A stretch of DNA of 64,000 nt from Microcoleaceae cyanobacterium (GCA_051652765.1 JBOFUV010000007.1:1-64000); one strand, 5' to 3'. Counted from the first letter of the stretch, positions 1 through 10,465 are shown. A program made the numbers and translations. The notes: generated by a model from the sequence alone, not told the origin.

Positions 1-190
1 ATAAAATCAGACCAGTTTGAAAATTCTGGTCTGAAATCCTATAAATTCCGTTGTTATCGCAATTTGAGGATACCCGGAGTAGGCGGTCTCACACTGCTCG
101 CGGGTTAAAACTCCCAAACTTACTATTCCTATATCGTAACAAAATAAACAGATTTTTTTATAAAACTTTACTTATGTTTTGTGTAAAGCT

Positions 191-406
191 TTACTTCCGC
201 TTCAAGCTAGAAACAGAAATCACAGATCCAGTAACAGGATCGACAGTTTGAGAACGAACAATCTCAACGGTAGGGACACCTGATTTCGCAGCAACTTGAG
301 TATTGGTCTGACTGGACGTTTCTGGCATCCACACCATCAACCCCAATCCCAAGCTAAATGCTAGACTAGCAACAATTCTATTTACAACCTGATTTGAGCT
401 TTTCAT
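191..406 (-). CDS. Small hypothetical exported/membrane protein (71 aa)
   Basis: ATG preceded by GGAGATAGGA; N-terminal hydrophobic stretch IVASLAFSLGLGLMVW. Confidence 0.55.
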   Translation of the reverse strand: MKSSNQVVNRIVASLAFSLGLGLMVWMPETSSQTNTQVAAKSGVPTVEIVRSQTVDPVTGSVISVSSLKRK

Positions 407-638
407 AATCCTATCTCCGTTATTAAGGTTCTACTTTTAAAGTACCCAGAACCCTTATCTTTAACATACCTGTCGCTCGTGAATCCGGTATGAAATTAAA
501 ATGAGAAAGTTTTCAGGTCAGGTAATGGCTGAACGCTAGGGGTTGGAAATTTTATCTAAGCCATTCATGGTTGTGTATCGGTGATGCTCTGTGTGGATGT
601 TGGGTTTAAAGTCTGCGTTCTCTGCCCCTGACCCCCCG

Positions 639-690
639 ACGCAGTTGAAAAACGCAGTTGAAAGACACCCTTGAAAGACACCCTTGAAAA
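639..690. repeat. Tandem 13-bp repeat x4 (ACGCAGTTGAAAR x2, ACACCCTTGAAAR x2)
   Basis: Read directly from the sequence upstream of cdsA. Confidence 0.9.
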
Positions 691-814
691 CTGCCATAAC
701 GTTTCACTTTAGTATTGAGATATCTGGCGAACTGGTTCAGGGTAGGAATGTGTTAGTCCGATAGTTCCAGCTCGATCGGATCTTTGTTCTCAATCTCACT
801 AGGTCTGATAGTCT

Positions 815-1705
815 ATGCCTTGGTCTCGTATTTTGAGTGCAATTGTGGCGATCGCCCTAGCGATGGGGATGCTGCTCTCTGGAGGGTGGTATTTTACCCT
901 AGGGTTTGGAGTGATCGTTTACTTAGGGTTGCTAGAGTATTTTCAACTGGTTCGAGCCAAGGGCATTGAACCTGCGGCCAAAACGGCGATCGCCTTGAGT
1001 GAGGTGTTATTGATCACGGCGGCGTTTGCACCTGGCTTGGTAGATGCAACCTTTGCCCTAGCTGGAACGGTGATTTGCTTTTATCTATTGTTCCAACCCA
1101 AGTTGTCTACGATTGCTGATATTGCCACTTCGATTCTAGGACTGTTTTATGGAGGTTATCTTCCAAGCTACTGGATTCGGTTGCGAGTGGGTTGGGAACA
1201 TCCTGTCTCCTTCTTCAGCCAAGCCATTGCTAGCCCGGTTCCCCTTGAAGCGGTTGATCCGGAATTTTGGATTGGCTGGATTCATTTATCCCAGGGTTTG
1301 ACAGCAACGGTGCTGGCATTTTTCTGCATCTGGGCATCGGATATTGGGGCGTACATTGTGGGCAAATTTTTTGGTCGGACTCGGTTGTCAGACATCAGTC
1401 CCAAAAAGACGGTAGAAGGAGCTGTATTTGGTATCTTGGCCAGTGTGAGCGTGGCGATCGCCGGGGCCTGGTATCTCCATTGGCCTGCATTTCCCTGGAC
1501 GGGGTTGGTGCTAGGGCTATTGATTGGCGTTGCTAGTTTGCTAGGGGATCTGACAGAATCGATGATGAAGCGGGATGCGGGGGTGAAGGATTCAGGACAG
1601 CTCATTCCAGGGCACGGGGGGATCTTAGACCGAACGGATAGTTATGTGTTCACGGCTCCCCTGGTCTATTATTTTGTCACCCTGTTACTGCCTTTGTTAA
1701 GCTGA
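815..1705 (+). CDS. cdsA: Phosphatidate cytidylyltransferase
   Basis: Motifs ISPKKTVEG and KRDAGVKDSGQLIPGHGGILDRTDS; polytopic membrane protein. Confidence 0.95.
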   Translation: MPWSRILSAIVAIALAMGMLLSGGWYFTLGFGVIVYLGLLEYFQLVRAKGIEPAAKTAIALSEVLLITAAFAPGLVDATFALAGTVICFYLLFQPKLSTIADIATSILGLFYGGYLPSYWIRLRVGWEHPVSFFSQAIASPVPLEAVDPEFWIGWIHLSQGLTATVLAFFCIWASDIGAYIVGKFFGRTRLSDISPKKTVEGAVFGILASVSVAIAGAWYLHWPAFPWTGLVLGLLIGVASLLGDLTESMMKRDAGVKDSGQLIPGHGGILDRTDSYVFTAPLVYYFVTLLLPLLS

Positions 1706-1823
1706 CACAGCCGTTTTTGTTCAGATATAATACAGAGCGATTCCCCTAAATCCTCCTTGTTAAGGAGGATTTGAGTGGCTGGAACTGTCCCGTACTAACC
1801 GTGCCAATTTAAAAACCGCTATA
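1706..1823 (-). mobile_element. MITE-like small dispersed repeat, copy 1
   Basis: Imperfect TIRs (ACAGCCGTTTTT / AAAAACCGCTAT), internal hairpin AAATCCTCCTT-GTT-AAGGAGGATTT; reverse complement aligns with 18885-18992. Confidence 0.75.
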
Positions 1824-1911
1824 TGAATTTATAGTCACCGCCAAGGCGGTTAGGACAGAGATATTTTGTGGACTTAGCCCGCGAAACTTGAATGCGGATT
1901 GGCTGACCCCG

Positions 1912-3081
1912 CTAAAATTGATAGACAGGAAGCGTAAAGTGAAAACAACTGCCTTTTCCCAGGCCGGAATCCACCCAAATCTGGCCATAGTGGGCTTGAA
2001 TAATCCGTTTACAAAGGGATAGGCCAATTCCATAGCCGTCTTTCAATTCATCCCGTTCTAGTCGAAAGCGTTCTTGAAAAATGCGATCGCGGTTTTCTTC
2101 AGGAATTCCTGGCCCACTATCACAGATACTCAGTTGCACTTTTTGGGTGGTGCGATGCAACATCGAAAGCTGAATTTTCCCACCCTTGGGTGTGTACTTA
2201 ATCGCGTTGTCTAGCAGGTTGACGATCACCTGGCGAACCCGTTCTTGGTCTGCATACACTGCTGGAATATCGCTGGGAATATCCGTCTGGAGTTGTAAAG
2301 ATTTGGCTTGAAATTGGCTGCTCAGCTCCGTCAGGATTGTCTTGCAAAATTCCTTGAGTTCGAGGCGGTTGGGCTGAAGTTGCAAGCGCACACTGGGGCC
2401 TGTGGCTGTTTGCAGAATATCGGTGATCATCCGATCAATCTTCCGAATCTGATGGCGGGCCTGTTGAATCAGGCGCAGTTTCAGGGCTGGAGTAATTTGC
2501 GATACATCTCCCTCGCGGATGCCTGTTTGAGCCGATTCCAGGGTTTCCAAGGCTAGAGACGTTGCGGTGAGGGGACTCCGCAAATCATGGGCAAGGATTT
2601 CAATAATTCGGTCTTTGAAGCTGAGTTGTTGTTGGAGTTGTTCTTTTTCTTGCTTCAGGCGGAATGCTTCATCACTCAACTGAATGAGTTCGGAAACATA
2701 GGCAACGGAGTGAAGCAAATCGGGGGTTGAGGTTCCGCTGCCAACCTCAGGTTGATTCTGTTGGTAACTGCAATACTCTTCAAGAGCAATTTCCCACCGA
2801 GGCCACCAGTGCTCTAGCTGATTCACGAGGTTGCTGCCTGCCAGGATGTGTCGGGGTTCAGGATGAATTTTAACCAGGGCAGGAGTTGCCACCAACTTGA
2901 AGTGCTCTACTAGGGAGGGTTGCTCACCAACTTCGATCACTTGCAACTCAAACATGTGTTTGTTTAAACTGTCCAAAAACCTGCGAATCTTCTCGACCTG
3001 TTGTTTGGAACTTGGTCGCTGATCAATGAACAACAGTAGCTGGAGCACTGTCTTGAAGTTGGACTGAAAAGATACCTGCAT
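1912..3081 (-). CDS. sasA: KaiC-interacting adaptive-response histidine kinase
   Basis: N-terminal KaiB-like domain (LVEHFKLVATPALVKIHP), H-box LAHDLRSPLT, HATPase N/G boxes. Confidence 0.93.
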   Translation of the reverse strand: MQVSFQSNFKTVLQLLLFIDQRPSSKQQVEKIRRFLDSLNKHMFELQVIEVGEQPSLVEHFKLVATPALVKIHPEPRHILAGSNLVNQLEHWWPRWEIALEEYCSYQQNQPEVGSGTSTPDLLHSVAYVSELIQLSDEAFRLKQEKEQLQQQLSFKDRIIEILAHDLRSPLTATSLALETLESAQTGIREGDVSQITPALKLRLIQQARHQIRKIDRMITDILQTATGPSVRLQLQPNRLELKEFCKTILTELSSQFQAKSLQLQTDIPSDIPAVYADQERVRQVIVNLLDNAIKYTPKGGKIQLSMLHRTTQKVQLSICDSGPGIPEENRDRIFQERFRLERDELKDGYGIGLSLCKRIIQAHYGQIWVDSGLGKGSCFHFTLPVYQF

Positions 3082-3283
3082 GTATTTCTGTTCTTGCAGA
3101 GAACGGAATCCATTGGGATAACGTTTGAGATCAATGGAGTCAAATCAACAGAGCCAAATCGATGGAGTCAGAAGTTATGCTCCTGTATCCTTTATAGTTT
3201 AATTTAATATCTCCTTTAGATTTTAGTTTTTTTTAATCTTTATTAATCTAAAGCATTTAGTCAATTTAAGCTTGAGTTTCTCT

Positions 3284-5041
3284 ATGGGACAGGATTGGCA
3301 TAAAAATCCAGCATTACGAGTTGTGCTTGGAGTAGCGATCGCATTTTTTTTAATTTGTCTGGGGCTGAGCCTGAATCGCTATTTCAGCTTTTATGCGTCC
3401 TATGACCAGGGGATTTTTAACCAGGTCTTTTGGAATGGCACCCAGGGTCGGTTCTTTCAAAGTTCTTTGTCATCTGCCCTTTCCACCAATGTGGTTCACA
3501 ATGGGGAGTTTCCGGATGTGGCTTACCATCGGTTGGGCCAACACTTCACTCCAGCGTTGCTCCTGTGGTTGCCGCTGTACGCCCTATTTCCCTCTCCCGT
3601 CACCCTTAGCGTTTTGCAAGTTGTCCTGGTGACAGCAGCGGGGTGGGTGCTGTATCTTTTGGCGCGAGAGTATTTGCAACCTGCCTTAGCAGCCTGGATT
3701 ACGGTTAGTTTTTATGGTGCGAATGCGGTCATCGGCCCGACGTTGAGTAATTTCCATGACGTTTGTCAGATTCCCTTGTTGGTCTTTGGCGTGCTGTTGG
3801 CGATGGAGCAACGCAGGTGGTGGCTATTCTGGATTTTATCCCTGCTAACCCTGGCGGTGCGGGAAGATTCAGGGGTGATCTTGTTTGGGGTTGGGGTTTA
3901 CCTGATTTTGAGCCAGCGCTATCCGGTTCGCGGACTGGTGCTGTGCTGTCTCAGCTTTGGCTACATGGTGGTGTTGACCAATCTGATTATGCCGCTGTTT
4001 TCTGAGGACATTTCATCCCGGTTCATGATGGAACGGTTTGGGCAATACGCTGAAGGCGCAGAAGCCTCAACCTTGGAAATTATTTGGGGTATCGTTAGTC
4101 AGCCCCAACGGCTTCTAGTAGAACTTTTGACCCCCGTTTGGGGCACGGTGAAATATTTAATAGGTCAATGGTTGCCGTTGGCATTTGTTCCGGCAATCGC
4201 CCCGGCCTCTTGGGCTATAGCTGGGTTTCCGTTACTAAAATTGTTGATTGCTAAAGGAGAATCGGTTCTGGCCATTACGATTCGGTATGCAATGACCGTT
4301 GTTCCGGGTTTATTTTATGGTGCGATTTTATGGTGGGGTCATCGGCAACGGGAGGTGGAGCAGCGGATTCAGACATTAGATCTGGGGTTGGCAGTTCAAG
4401 TTCAGGAAAAAGAACCGATCCCACAAAAAATAGGGTTTTCTCTGCCCCTCCCGGTCTTCTGGGCAAGACCTTTAACGGTGAACCCTTCCTCCCAAGAACC
4501 CGTCTTGCGTCCTCGGTTTCGGCGCTTTTGGCTTGCCTGTCTGTGCCTGTCCCTGTTCTTTTCCATCACCTCAAACCCGAATCGCACCCTATATTTTCTG
4601 ATCCCTGACTCAGTTCAGCCTTGGGTCTATATTTCTCTGCCCCAACAGTGGTCGCACGTTGCCCAGATCCGCCCGCTGCTGGCGAAAATTCCTCCGACTG
4701 CCAGTGTAGCGGCCACTACTTACATTGTTCCCCAGGTTTCGAGTCGGCGAGAGGTACTGCGATTTCCTCAATATCAATTGCGGAATGATGCAGGCGAGGT
4801 GATCAACGTAGAATATGTGATTGCCGATCTCTGGCAACTGGAACAATATCAGGTGGCATTCAAGAGCGATCGCAAACGACTAGAAGAAATCGTAGACCGA
4901 ATTCAGCAGCTCACAGCTTCAGGAGGATATGGCATCACCGCATTTAACGACAACGTAATCCTGATGCAGCGGGATCAGCCTTCAAGTCCCGAAGCGTTGT
5001 CAGCCTGGAACAGCTTTCAGTCAGGCTTAAATCAGGATTAA
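3284..5041 (+). CDS. DUF2079-family membrane protein (GT-C-like)
   Basis: YDQGIFNQVFWN, LGQHFTP, NFHD and RED motifs; many TM helices. ATG 3284 preferred to TTG 3272. Confidence 0.8.
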   Translation: MGQDWHKNPALRVVLGVAIAFFLICLGLSLNRYFSFYASYDQGIFNQVFWNGTQGRFFQSSLSSALSTNVVHNGEFPDVAYHRLGQHFTPALLLWLPLYALFPSPVTLSVLQVVLVTAAGWVLYLLAREYLQPALAAWITVSFYGANAVIGPTLSNFHDVCQIPLLVFGVLLAMEQRRWWLFWILSLLTLAVREDSGVILFGVGVYLILSQRYPVRGLVLCCLSFGYMVVLTNLIMPLFSEDISSRFMMERFGQYAEGAEASTLEIIWGIVSQPQRLLVELLTPVWGTVKYLIGQWLPLAFVPAIAPASWAIAGFPLLKLLIAKGESVLAITIRYAMTVVPGLFYGAILWWGHRQREVEQRIQTLDLGLAVQVQEKEPIPQKIGFSLPLPVFWARPLTVNPSSQEPVLRPRFRRFWLACLCLSLFFSITSNPNRTLYFLIPDSVQPWVYISLPQQWSHVAQIRPLLAKIPPTASVAATTYIVPQVSSRREVLRFPQYQLRNDAGEVINVEYVIADLWQLEQYQVAFKSDRKRLEEIVDRIQQLTASGGYGITAFNDNVILMQRDQPSSPEALSAWNSFQSGLNQD

Positions 5042-5133
5042 AATAGACTGGTTTGAAGGTAACTGGCAAAGTTAACTGACTTGAAGTTAACGGGTCTAAA
5101 ACATGCGTAAGATCTGCAGCTCAGCAGTTGCGG

Positions 5134-5445
5134 TTAGAAAGTTGCCAATCCCCTAAATTTCAGTCCGGGTGCAATGTCACACCACTCAGAGCCCAGATAG
5201 CTAATGGTTCGGGTGACTGTGTTGATGCAGTAAAAGCCATCCAGCTCAGCCAGTTGTTCGGGCCAATGAGCTGGGCTGAACAAGGTGACCTGGCAAGAGC
5301 CAGAATCGGGCTGGGCACTTACTTCTTCCGGATAAGCGTAAAAATCCTGCCCCATCTTCTCAACGATTCTGATCCCTTTGGCTTGACGGACTGGAGGATG
5401 AGAGAGAACAGGTCGAGAGTGTCGTTGTCTGGAATGAATGCTCAT
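5134..5445 (-). CDS. Hypothetical protein (103 aa)
   Basis: ATG with upstream AAGAGG; no family recognised. Confidence 0.5.
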   Translation of the reverse strand: MSIHSRQRHSRPVLSHPPVRQAKGIRIVEKMGQDFYAYPEEVSAQPDSGSCQVTLFSPAHWPEQLAELDGFYCINTVTRTISYLGSEWCDIAPGLKFRGLATF

Positions 5446-5858
5446 GGAAATCTACCTCTTGTGAAGCGCGTTTAAGATTGAATACCTAGAGCCCCTGTTA
5501 ACAGAAATTTTACTAAGGTTTTCAGCGAACTTCAATCATTGTTAAGGTTTGTAAATCCCTGTCTTGCCTAGATGCTGAAGTTATTGATTGCTGAGGAAAA
5601 AGCCTAATGCCGCTAGCTCTAGTATACGGTTTAGGACTGTCGTCAATTCTAAACTTTCTACTAAAACATATGTCTAATTAATCCAAGTTTATGCATATAA
5701 CATGAGTACAATTACGGAACGTTTTGTCAGGAAAGTCTAGCATAAAGAAGTTGAATAGTAACAACCTTCTAGGAAAAACTTTAGGAAGAGCTTTAGGAAG
5801 AATTCTGCTCATCCCCCTCGATTCATCTCTTTATGGCTCGGCTTCTTGACTCAACTCT

Positions 5859-6149
5859 ATGACTCAACCCAAACATCCTAGACATCCGGGTACAACTCCC
5901 CGAGGAAAGTCCCCTGCTGCTTACGCCCTGTTTGCCAGACATTTTTGCTTCTGGTTTGAAAAACGCATTGGGGAATATGGAGCACAAGTGAAGGCCGACT
6001 TAGCACAGTTGCAGACCCACTTAGATCAGGAGAATACCGAGGAAACTAGAATCCAAATTGCTCGATTGACAGGGCAGCTAGAAACCCTTGAGACGGTGTT
6101 AGAGGTTTTTCGACCCCTGGCCGAGACTTACCTATCACAGGAGCGTTGA
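5859..6149 (+). CDS. Hypothetical protein (96 aa, helical/coiled-coil C-terminus)
   Basis: ATG start, protein-like composition; no family recognised. Confidence 0.55.
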   Translation: MTQPKHPRHPGTTPRGKSPAAYALFARHFCFWFEKRIGEYGAQVKADLAQLQTHLDQENTEETRIQIARLTGQLETLETVLEVFRPLAETYLSQER

Positions 6150-6182
6150 CGAGGCGATCACATCTGTTCTTGATTGATGCTT

Positions 6183-6220
6183 AATTTGTTCTGAATTTGT
6201 TCTGAATTTGTTCTGAATTT
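6183..6220. repeat. Tandem 11-bp repeat AATTTGTTCTG x3 plus partial copy
   Basis: Seen directly; abuts the stop of the PBP gene. Confidence 0.9.
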
Positions 6221-7160
6221 AGTTTGCACTGAACATCGCCTCCTGTCCTTGAGGGGAAAGGGCGTATCCCAAGAACGCTTGAACATTAGGAGTAGGCGGG
6301 GTTTTGTAAATATACATTAGCTCTCGTTGATAGGGATAGCTGACACTGCCGGGAGCCACACCATCAATCGGTAAAGCGCGAACGGTTTGCTGGTTCGTAA
6401 CCTGAGCAAATGTTGCATAGCCGATACCATCTGGCCCAAGTTGACGCAACAGGCCAGTGGTTTCATCCCGCTCAAGAGTTGTAAAGTTTGGGCTATTTCC
6501 GAAGTTCTGACCCTGCAAGACCAGTTCTTGAAAAGCTTGGTGAGTTCCACTGACGGCAGGACGATTGATGACTCGAATGGGGGCATCAGCACCTCCGAGT
6601 TCAGACCAATTGGTGATTTGACCAGTGAAAATTCCGCTAATTTGTTTGGCAGTGAGTCCTCCGGTGTAGGGATTGTCCACTCCAACCACTACGGCTATTT
6701 GGTCGGTGGCAACGGGCTGGGCCACTAAACCTTGACCTTGCTCTTGGGAACTCAAAGCCCGTGAGGCCCCGGCAATATCTATACTCCCTTGAAGAATCCC
6801 TTGAATCCCGTTATTTGTCCCATTGGCAGCAGTTTCGACTGTTGTTCCTGGAAATTGGGCTTGGAATCCTTGTTTGAGGTTTTGATTAATCGTCACCATG
6901 CTAGTTGAGCCATCAATTTTCACCACTGTACCTGCGGGAACGGAAGTTGGAGGCTGGAGTGCTTGACTGCCGGGGGGAGGCGGGGGAGGTACTGCGGGCA
7001 GAGGGCTAGAATTGCTCTGAGAATTTACCGGAGAACTTGGATTAGGATTGACCACAGGATCTAGCTTCGGCTTTTTTGGGAAAAACCAGTATCCCAAACC
7101 CAGCAATAACAGGAACGCCAGAATATAAACAATTGGAGGGGGGCCGCTTCGTTGAGCCAT
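6219..7160 (-). CDS. PstS-like substrate-binding protein with N-terminal TM anchor and Pro-rich linker
   Basis: IDGSTSM, DIAGASR, IFTGQITNWSELGG and NRPAVSGT motifs. Confidence 0.85.
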   Translation of the reverse strand: MAQRSGPPPIVYILAFLLLLGLGYWFFPKKPKLDPVVNPNPSSPVNSQSNSSPLPAVPPPPPPGSQALQPPTSVPAGTVVKIDGSTSMVTINQNLKQGFQAQFPGTTVETAANGTNNGIQGILQGSIDIAGASRALSSQEQGQGLVAQPVATDQIAVVVGVDNPYTGGLTAKQISGIFTGQITNWSELGGADAPIRVINRPAVSGTHQAFQELVLQGQNFGNSPNFTTLERDETTGLLRQLGPDGIGYATFAQVTNQQTVRALPIDGVAPGSVSYPYQRELMYIYKTPPTPNVQAFLGYALSPQGQEAMFSAN

Positions 7161-7202
7161 AGTAGAACGTTTTCCTCGGTAGAGTCTTGGTCAAGAATGA
7201 TC

Positions 7203-7246
7203 TCTGAATTAATTTCTGAATTAATTTCTGAATATACTTCTGAATC
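7203..7246. repeat. Tandem 12-bp repeat TCTGAATTAATT x2 plus 2 degenerate copies
   Basis: Seen directly. Confidence 0.8.
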
Positions 7247-7289
7247 AGGAACTTTCCAATAAATTATGCTTCTAAACAGGCTTTTACAC

Positions 7290-7330
7290 TACAGCGTTTT
7301 TTGACTCGGAGAGGGACATCTCAGCCGCTT
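7290..7330 (+). mobile_element. Truncated left end of the MITE-like repeat
   Basis: TACAGCG end plus GAGGGACATCTCAGCCGCT, identical to the copy near 18906. Confidence 0.7.
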
Positions 7331-7337
7331 CAGTCCT

Positions 7338-8021
7338 TTATTCAGGGGCGCGGGACTTCAACTGTTGGAGACGGCGAGCAATTGCATCGGGTTCTCCAAA
7401 TGACCCCATCTCAGGACTCAGCAGATCATCAGATCCCAAGGCTAAATCAGCTAGGGCCTGCTGTTCTAAATTTTGCTGTTCGACTTCAAACTTGACTTGC
7501 TCAAGCTCCTGATTGACTTGATTCATCGTTTCTAGGGCCAGATTTACATCTTGCAAATCTTTCAGATTTTCAATGTTGGTTTCATAGGTCTCTAGCTTGA
7601 CTTGTTCTTGGTGGAGCTTCTCTTGGAACATTCTCAAGTATTCCTGGGCCTGATATACCTGGTTCTCAAATTGAGGGAGAACGTCTTCGAGTTGAATCAC
7701 CCGTGCCATTGCTAACCGGGCTGTAGAGTCATCTCCATTATTCTGAGCGATCGCGGCTTCTTGCTCCAGTTTTTCCAACTCTCGTCGCTTGGCATCATAC
7801 TTCTGTTTAATTCGAGTGTAAGCCGCTCGTTGGGTTGAAACTGCTTGGGAGAGTTTTTGTACAGAAGCCCGAATGGAAGCCAAAGCCGCCTCAGCAGTTT
7901 CCAAAGAATTAGTGGCGGATTGGCTGGATGATTCGGGTTGCCGTCCTAACAGCCAATTGTAGGTATTCACGGTTACATTCCCGGCCTTTTCTCCCATCAG
8001 CCAGTGGATAAATGAATTCAT
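7338..8021 (-). CDS. PspA/IM30 (Vipp1/ESCRT-III-like) family protein
   Basis: Long coiled coil with AAIAQNNGDDSTARLAMARVIQLE; C-terminal IARRLQQLK. Confidence 0.8.
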   Translation of the reverse strand: MNSFIHWLMGEKAGNVTVNTYNWLLGRQPESSSQSATNSLETAEAALASIRASVQKLSQAVSTQRAAYTRIKQKYDAKRRELEKLEQEAAIAQNNGDDSTARLAMARVIQLEDVLPQFENQVYQAQEYLRMFQEKLHQEQVKLETYETNIENLKDLQDVNLALETMNQVNQELEQVKFEVEQQNLEQQALADLALGSDDLLSPEMGSFGEPDAIARRLQQLKSRAPE

Positions 8022-8199
8022 AGAGCTAGTGCACGTTGTTTGGGTTAATTGCGTGGAGTTATCCCTAGTTTAGCAAGCATTGGATTTTCCCTTCCAAAAC
8101 AATATAGGGACAACAGATGTCGTCCCTAAGTTGCTTCGTCATGAATTGTCCTCAACTCTCGTCAATTGTCCTCAATGGCTCATCCTTATCTCAGCCTAT

Positions 8200-8538
8200 C
8201 TAAGCCACAGATTCTGTTCCAAAGCGCTGCTGCTCGATCTCATCGATCTGAGTCTTGAGAATGACTAAACTGACATGAACATGACGCTGATTTGTGATCG
8301 GATCATAGGCTTCCCACTCTTGAGTCACCTCAGCATCGTACCAAAGGAACCAGTCTCGGTAAATTTCACCTTCGTTAATATCTGGACACAAGGGCAACCA
8401 GTCATCTCCGGTGTAAGCCTCAACAGTCTGAACAACTAAGTTTAACCAGGCAGTTGCAATGCACTCATCGAGATCTGGATTAGTGTGTGGCTTTGCACTA
8501 ACATCTTGTGAATGATAAAGTTTGGAATTCATGTTCAA
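8200..8538 (-). CDS. Hypothetical protein (about 110 aa, Trp/acidic-rich)
   Basis: GAGGGG SD upstream; protein-like composition. Confidence 0.6.
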   Translation of the reverse strand: MNMNSKLYHSQDVSAKPHTNPDLDECIATAWLNLVVQTVEAYTGDDWLPLCPDINEGEIYRDWFLWYDAEVTQEWEAYDPITNQRHVHVSLVILKTQIDEIEQQRFGTESVA

Positions 8539-8928
8539 CCCCTCTTTTGATTTGCTGACTTTACTTTACAGAAGTCGGTTTACAGAGGGCGATACTCTTT
8601 GTGACACTCTCTCAAGCATTACATCTCAATAGGGATAAAATAGAAGCTAGAACGTTTAAATTGGGGAAGAATATTTCCTCGAAAAGTAGACACTTGGCAA
8701 ACTGGCATACACTAATTCAAAGATTAGAATCTTGCTTCAAAGTCCAACAAAAAATCTGAGAAAAAACAAAATAAAGCCATTGGTTTTTGCATTGATCAAT
8801 CCATCAGGAAATATACTGAAAAACCCGCAAAACTTGTCTTTGCTTTCTCAGTATATTCATTAGTGAATTTCTCAGTAAATCGATCAGTGAATTCATACAA
8901 ACGGCCTTGAACTTTAGGAGAACTAAAG

Positions 8929-9219
8929 ATGAAAAAGGGATTTGCTTTGCTCAGTTTGATGGTACTGAACTTGTGCCTTCCAGCCGAATTAGCTCGTGGT
9001 TCTGCCTACGATATTGTTTGCAAGTTTAAATATCGAACCGGGGACAATGGTTGGGTTGAGGATACAGCCAGTGGAACCACCCGAAGACTCGCCAGAAGAA
9101 ACCGCCGAGCCGCCGTTGAATTTCAGGAAGGTCAGGCCCGCAAAGCAGGCTTGGAGTTTGAGGTGATTTACCTAACTTGCGAAGATCCTTGGGGAGGCGA
9201 CAGCGGAAAACCTGACTAG
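8929..9219 (+). CDS. Small secreted hypothetical protein
   Basis: AGGAGA SD; signal peptide MKKGFALLSLMVLNLCLPAELA; two Cys in the mature part. Confidence 0.7.
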   Translation: MKKGFALLSLMVLNLCLPAELARGSAYDIVCKFKYRTGDNGWVEDTASGTTRRLARRNRRAAVEFQEGQARKAGLEFEVIYLTCEDPWGGDSGKPD

Positions 9220-9667
9220 ATCGCCATCTGCCCAAGTTCACTCAGAATATGAGGCAAGATTCTAGGCAACTGGCAGGGTCACAATAAATTCAGGGTCTTG
9301 CCCTAGGGTAGAATTGCAAATTAGATTTCCATCATGTTTTTCAACAATGATTTGGTGGCTGATGGATTGCCCCTTGATGGGATAAATGCTCTAAACCCCT
9401 GTTTGATTTTTTTTGTAACAGATTGAGGATTTTGATATTAGTGGTTTTTAAAACGCTAAGTTAATGTTGGCTGTATTATTATTGAAAAGTACCCTATCGA
9501 GTTTTGTCCTGGGGACTGGGTACGAGTCTATGCTGAATTTTCAATGAATTAAACTAACACTGCTGAAGCCGCAGAAACGTTGGCAATGCTACAGGAAGTT
9601 GCAGTAGCTTAATGATAGATAAATGTTATGTATACAATATCAAAATCAACTAATATGAGGCAGTCAA

Positions 9668-10156
9668 ATGGCAGCAACGAAGGAGCAATTTTCATGGTTG
9701 GAAGTTCCCTCAGATGTCAAAGACTTGTTGATCAAAGCTGCTGACAACTGGGAAGATTCGGCACAGTCTGAACAATTTATTAGCCAAGCCCTCGCAAAAG
9801 CTGAAGATAATCCCGATGTTTTAGTGGGAGCTTATCGGTATTTCTTCTATAAAAGTCACTGGTCAATGGCATTACAAATTGCCGAGCAAGTGATGAACAA
9901 AATTCAAGAAGAAGAACAATTTCCAGAAACTTGGGAGGAACTCAAGCCAGTGATTACCGAGAATCGGGAAAAGCCGGTTATTCGCCTTTATCTCAATGCC
10001 TATGCTGCGGTTGGTTTTGTTTTGGCAAGATTGGGAAAACTTGAAGAAGCACAAGAAATCTCAGAGCGAATTAAAGCTGTGGATGAGCGGTGGGAATTGG
10101 ACTCAACAACAGTATTTGAAATGTTGACCCGATCCCTAGAAGATGAAGATGAATAA
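9668..10156 (+). CDS. Conserved cyanobacterial TPR-like helical protein
   Basis: GAGG SD; VLVGAYRYFFYK and IRLYLNAYAA..LARLG pattern. Confidence 0.75.
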   Translation: MAATKEQFSWLEVPSDVKDLLIKAADNWEDSAQSEQFISQALAKAEDNPDVLVGAYRYFFYKSHWSMALQIAEQVMNKIQEEEQFPETWEELKPVITENREKPVIRLYLNAYAAVGFVLARLGKLEEAQEISERIKAVDERWELDSTTVFEMLTRSLEDEDE

Positions 10157-10465
10157 TTGGAGCCATTTTGCCTGATATCGTTGACCTCAGGCATAGCCTT
10201 GATGACCCAGCGGGGATTACCGGAAGACCGATGGGGCGATCGCCCTCGTAGAGTTCTAGAAATTTGTAGCTTTTGGGGATCATCTGCAAGTTCTAAGCCC
10301 TCAGAAACGTTTGTGGCCAGCCAAAGCTCAAGGGGCAAATATTCTTAGGAACTGTAAGTTGATACCGAGGATTAATAGCAATTGTTTCGATTTTGCAATA
10401 TATATTAACAAAGCAATATAATCTAGTCAAAGTATATTTTAGGAAACAGGTTTTTTCTCTAGCCT

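Noticed and set aside
72..105. Yfr1-like sRNA (CTCACAC in a hairpin loop)
   Set aside because: It lacks the full ACTCCTCACAC motif and the two-hairpin layout; more likely a simple hairpin or terminator.
10157..10348. Possible gene remnant or sORF (overlapping 63-112 aa ORFs, one HIP1 site)
   Set aside because: No frame gave a recognisable motif or a convincing start; BLASTX is needed.
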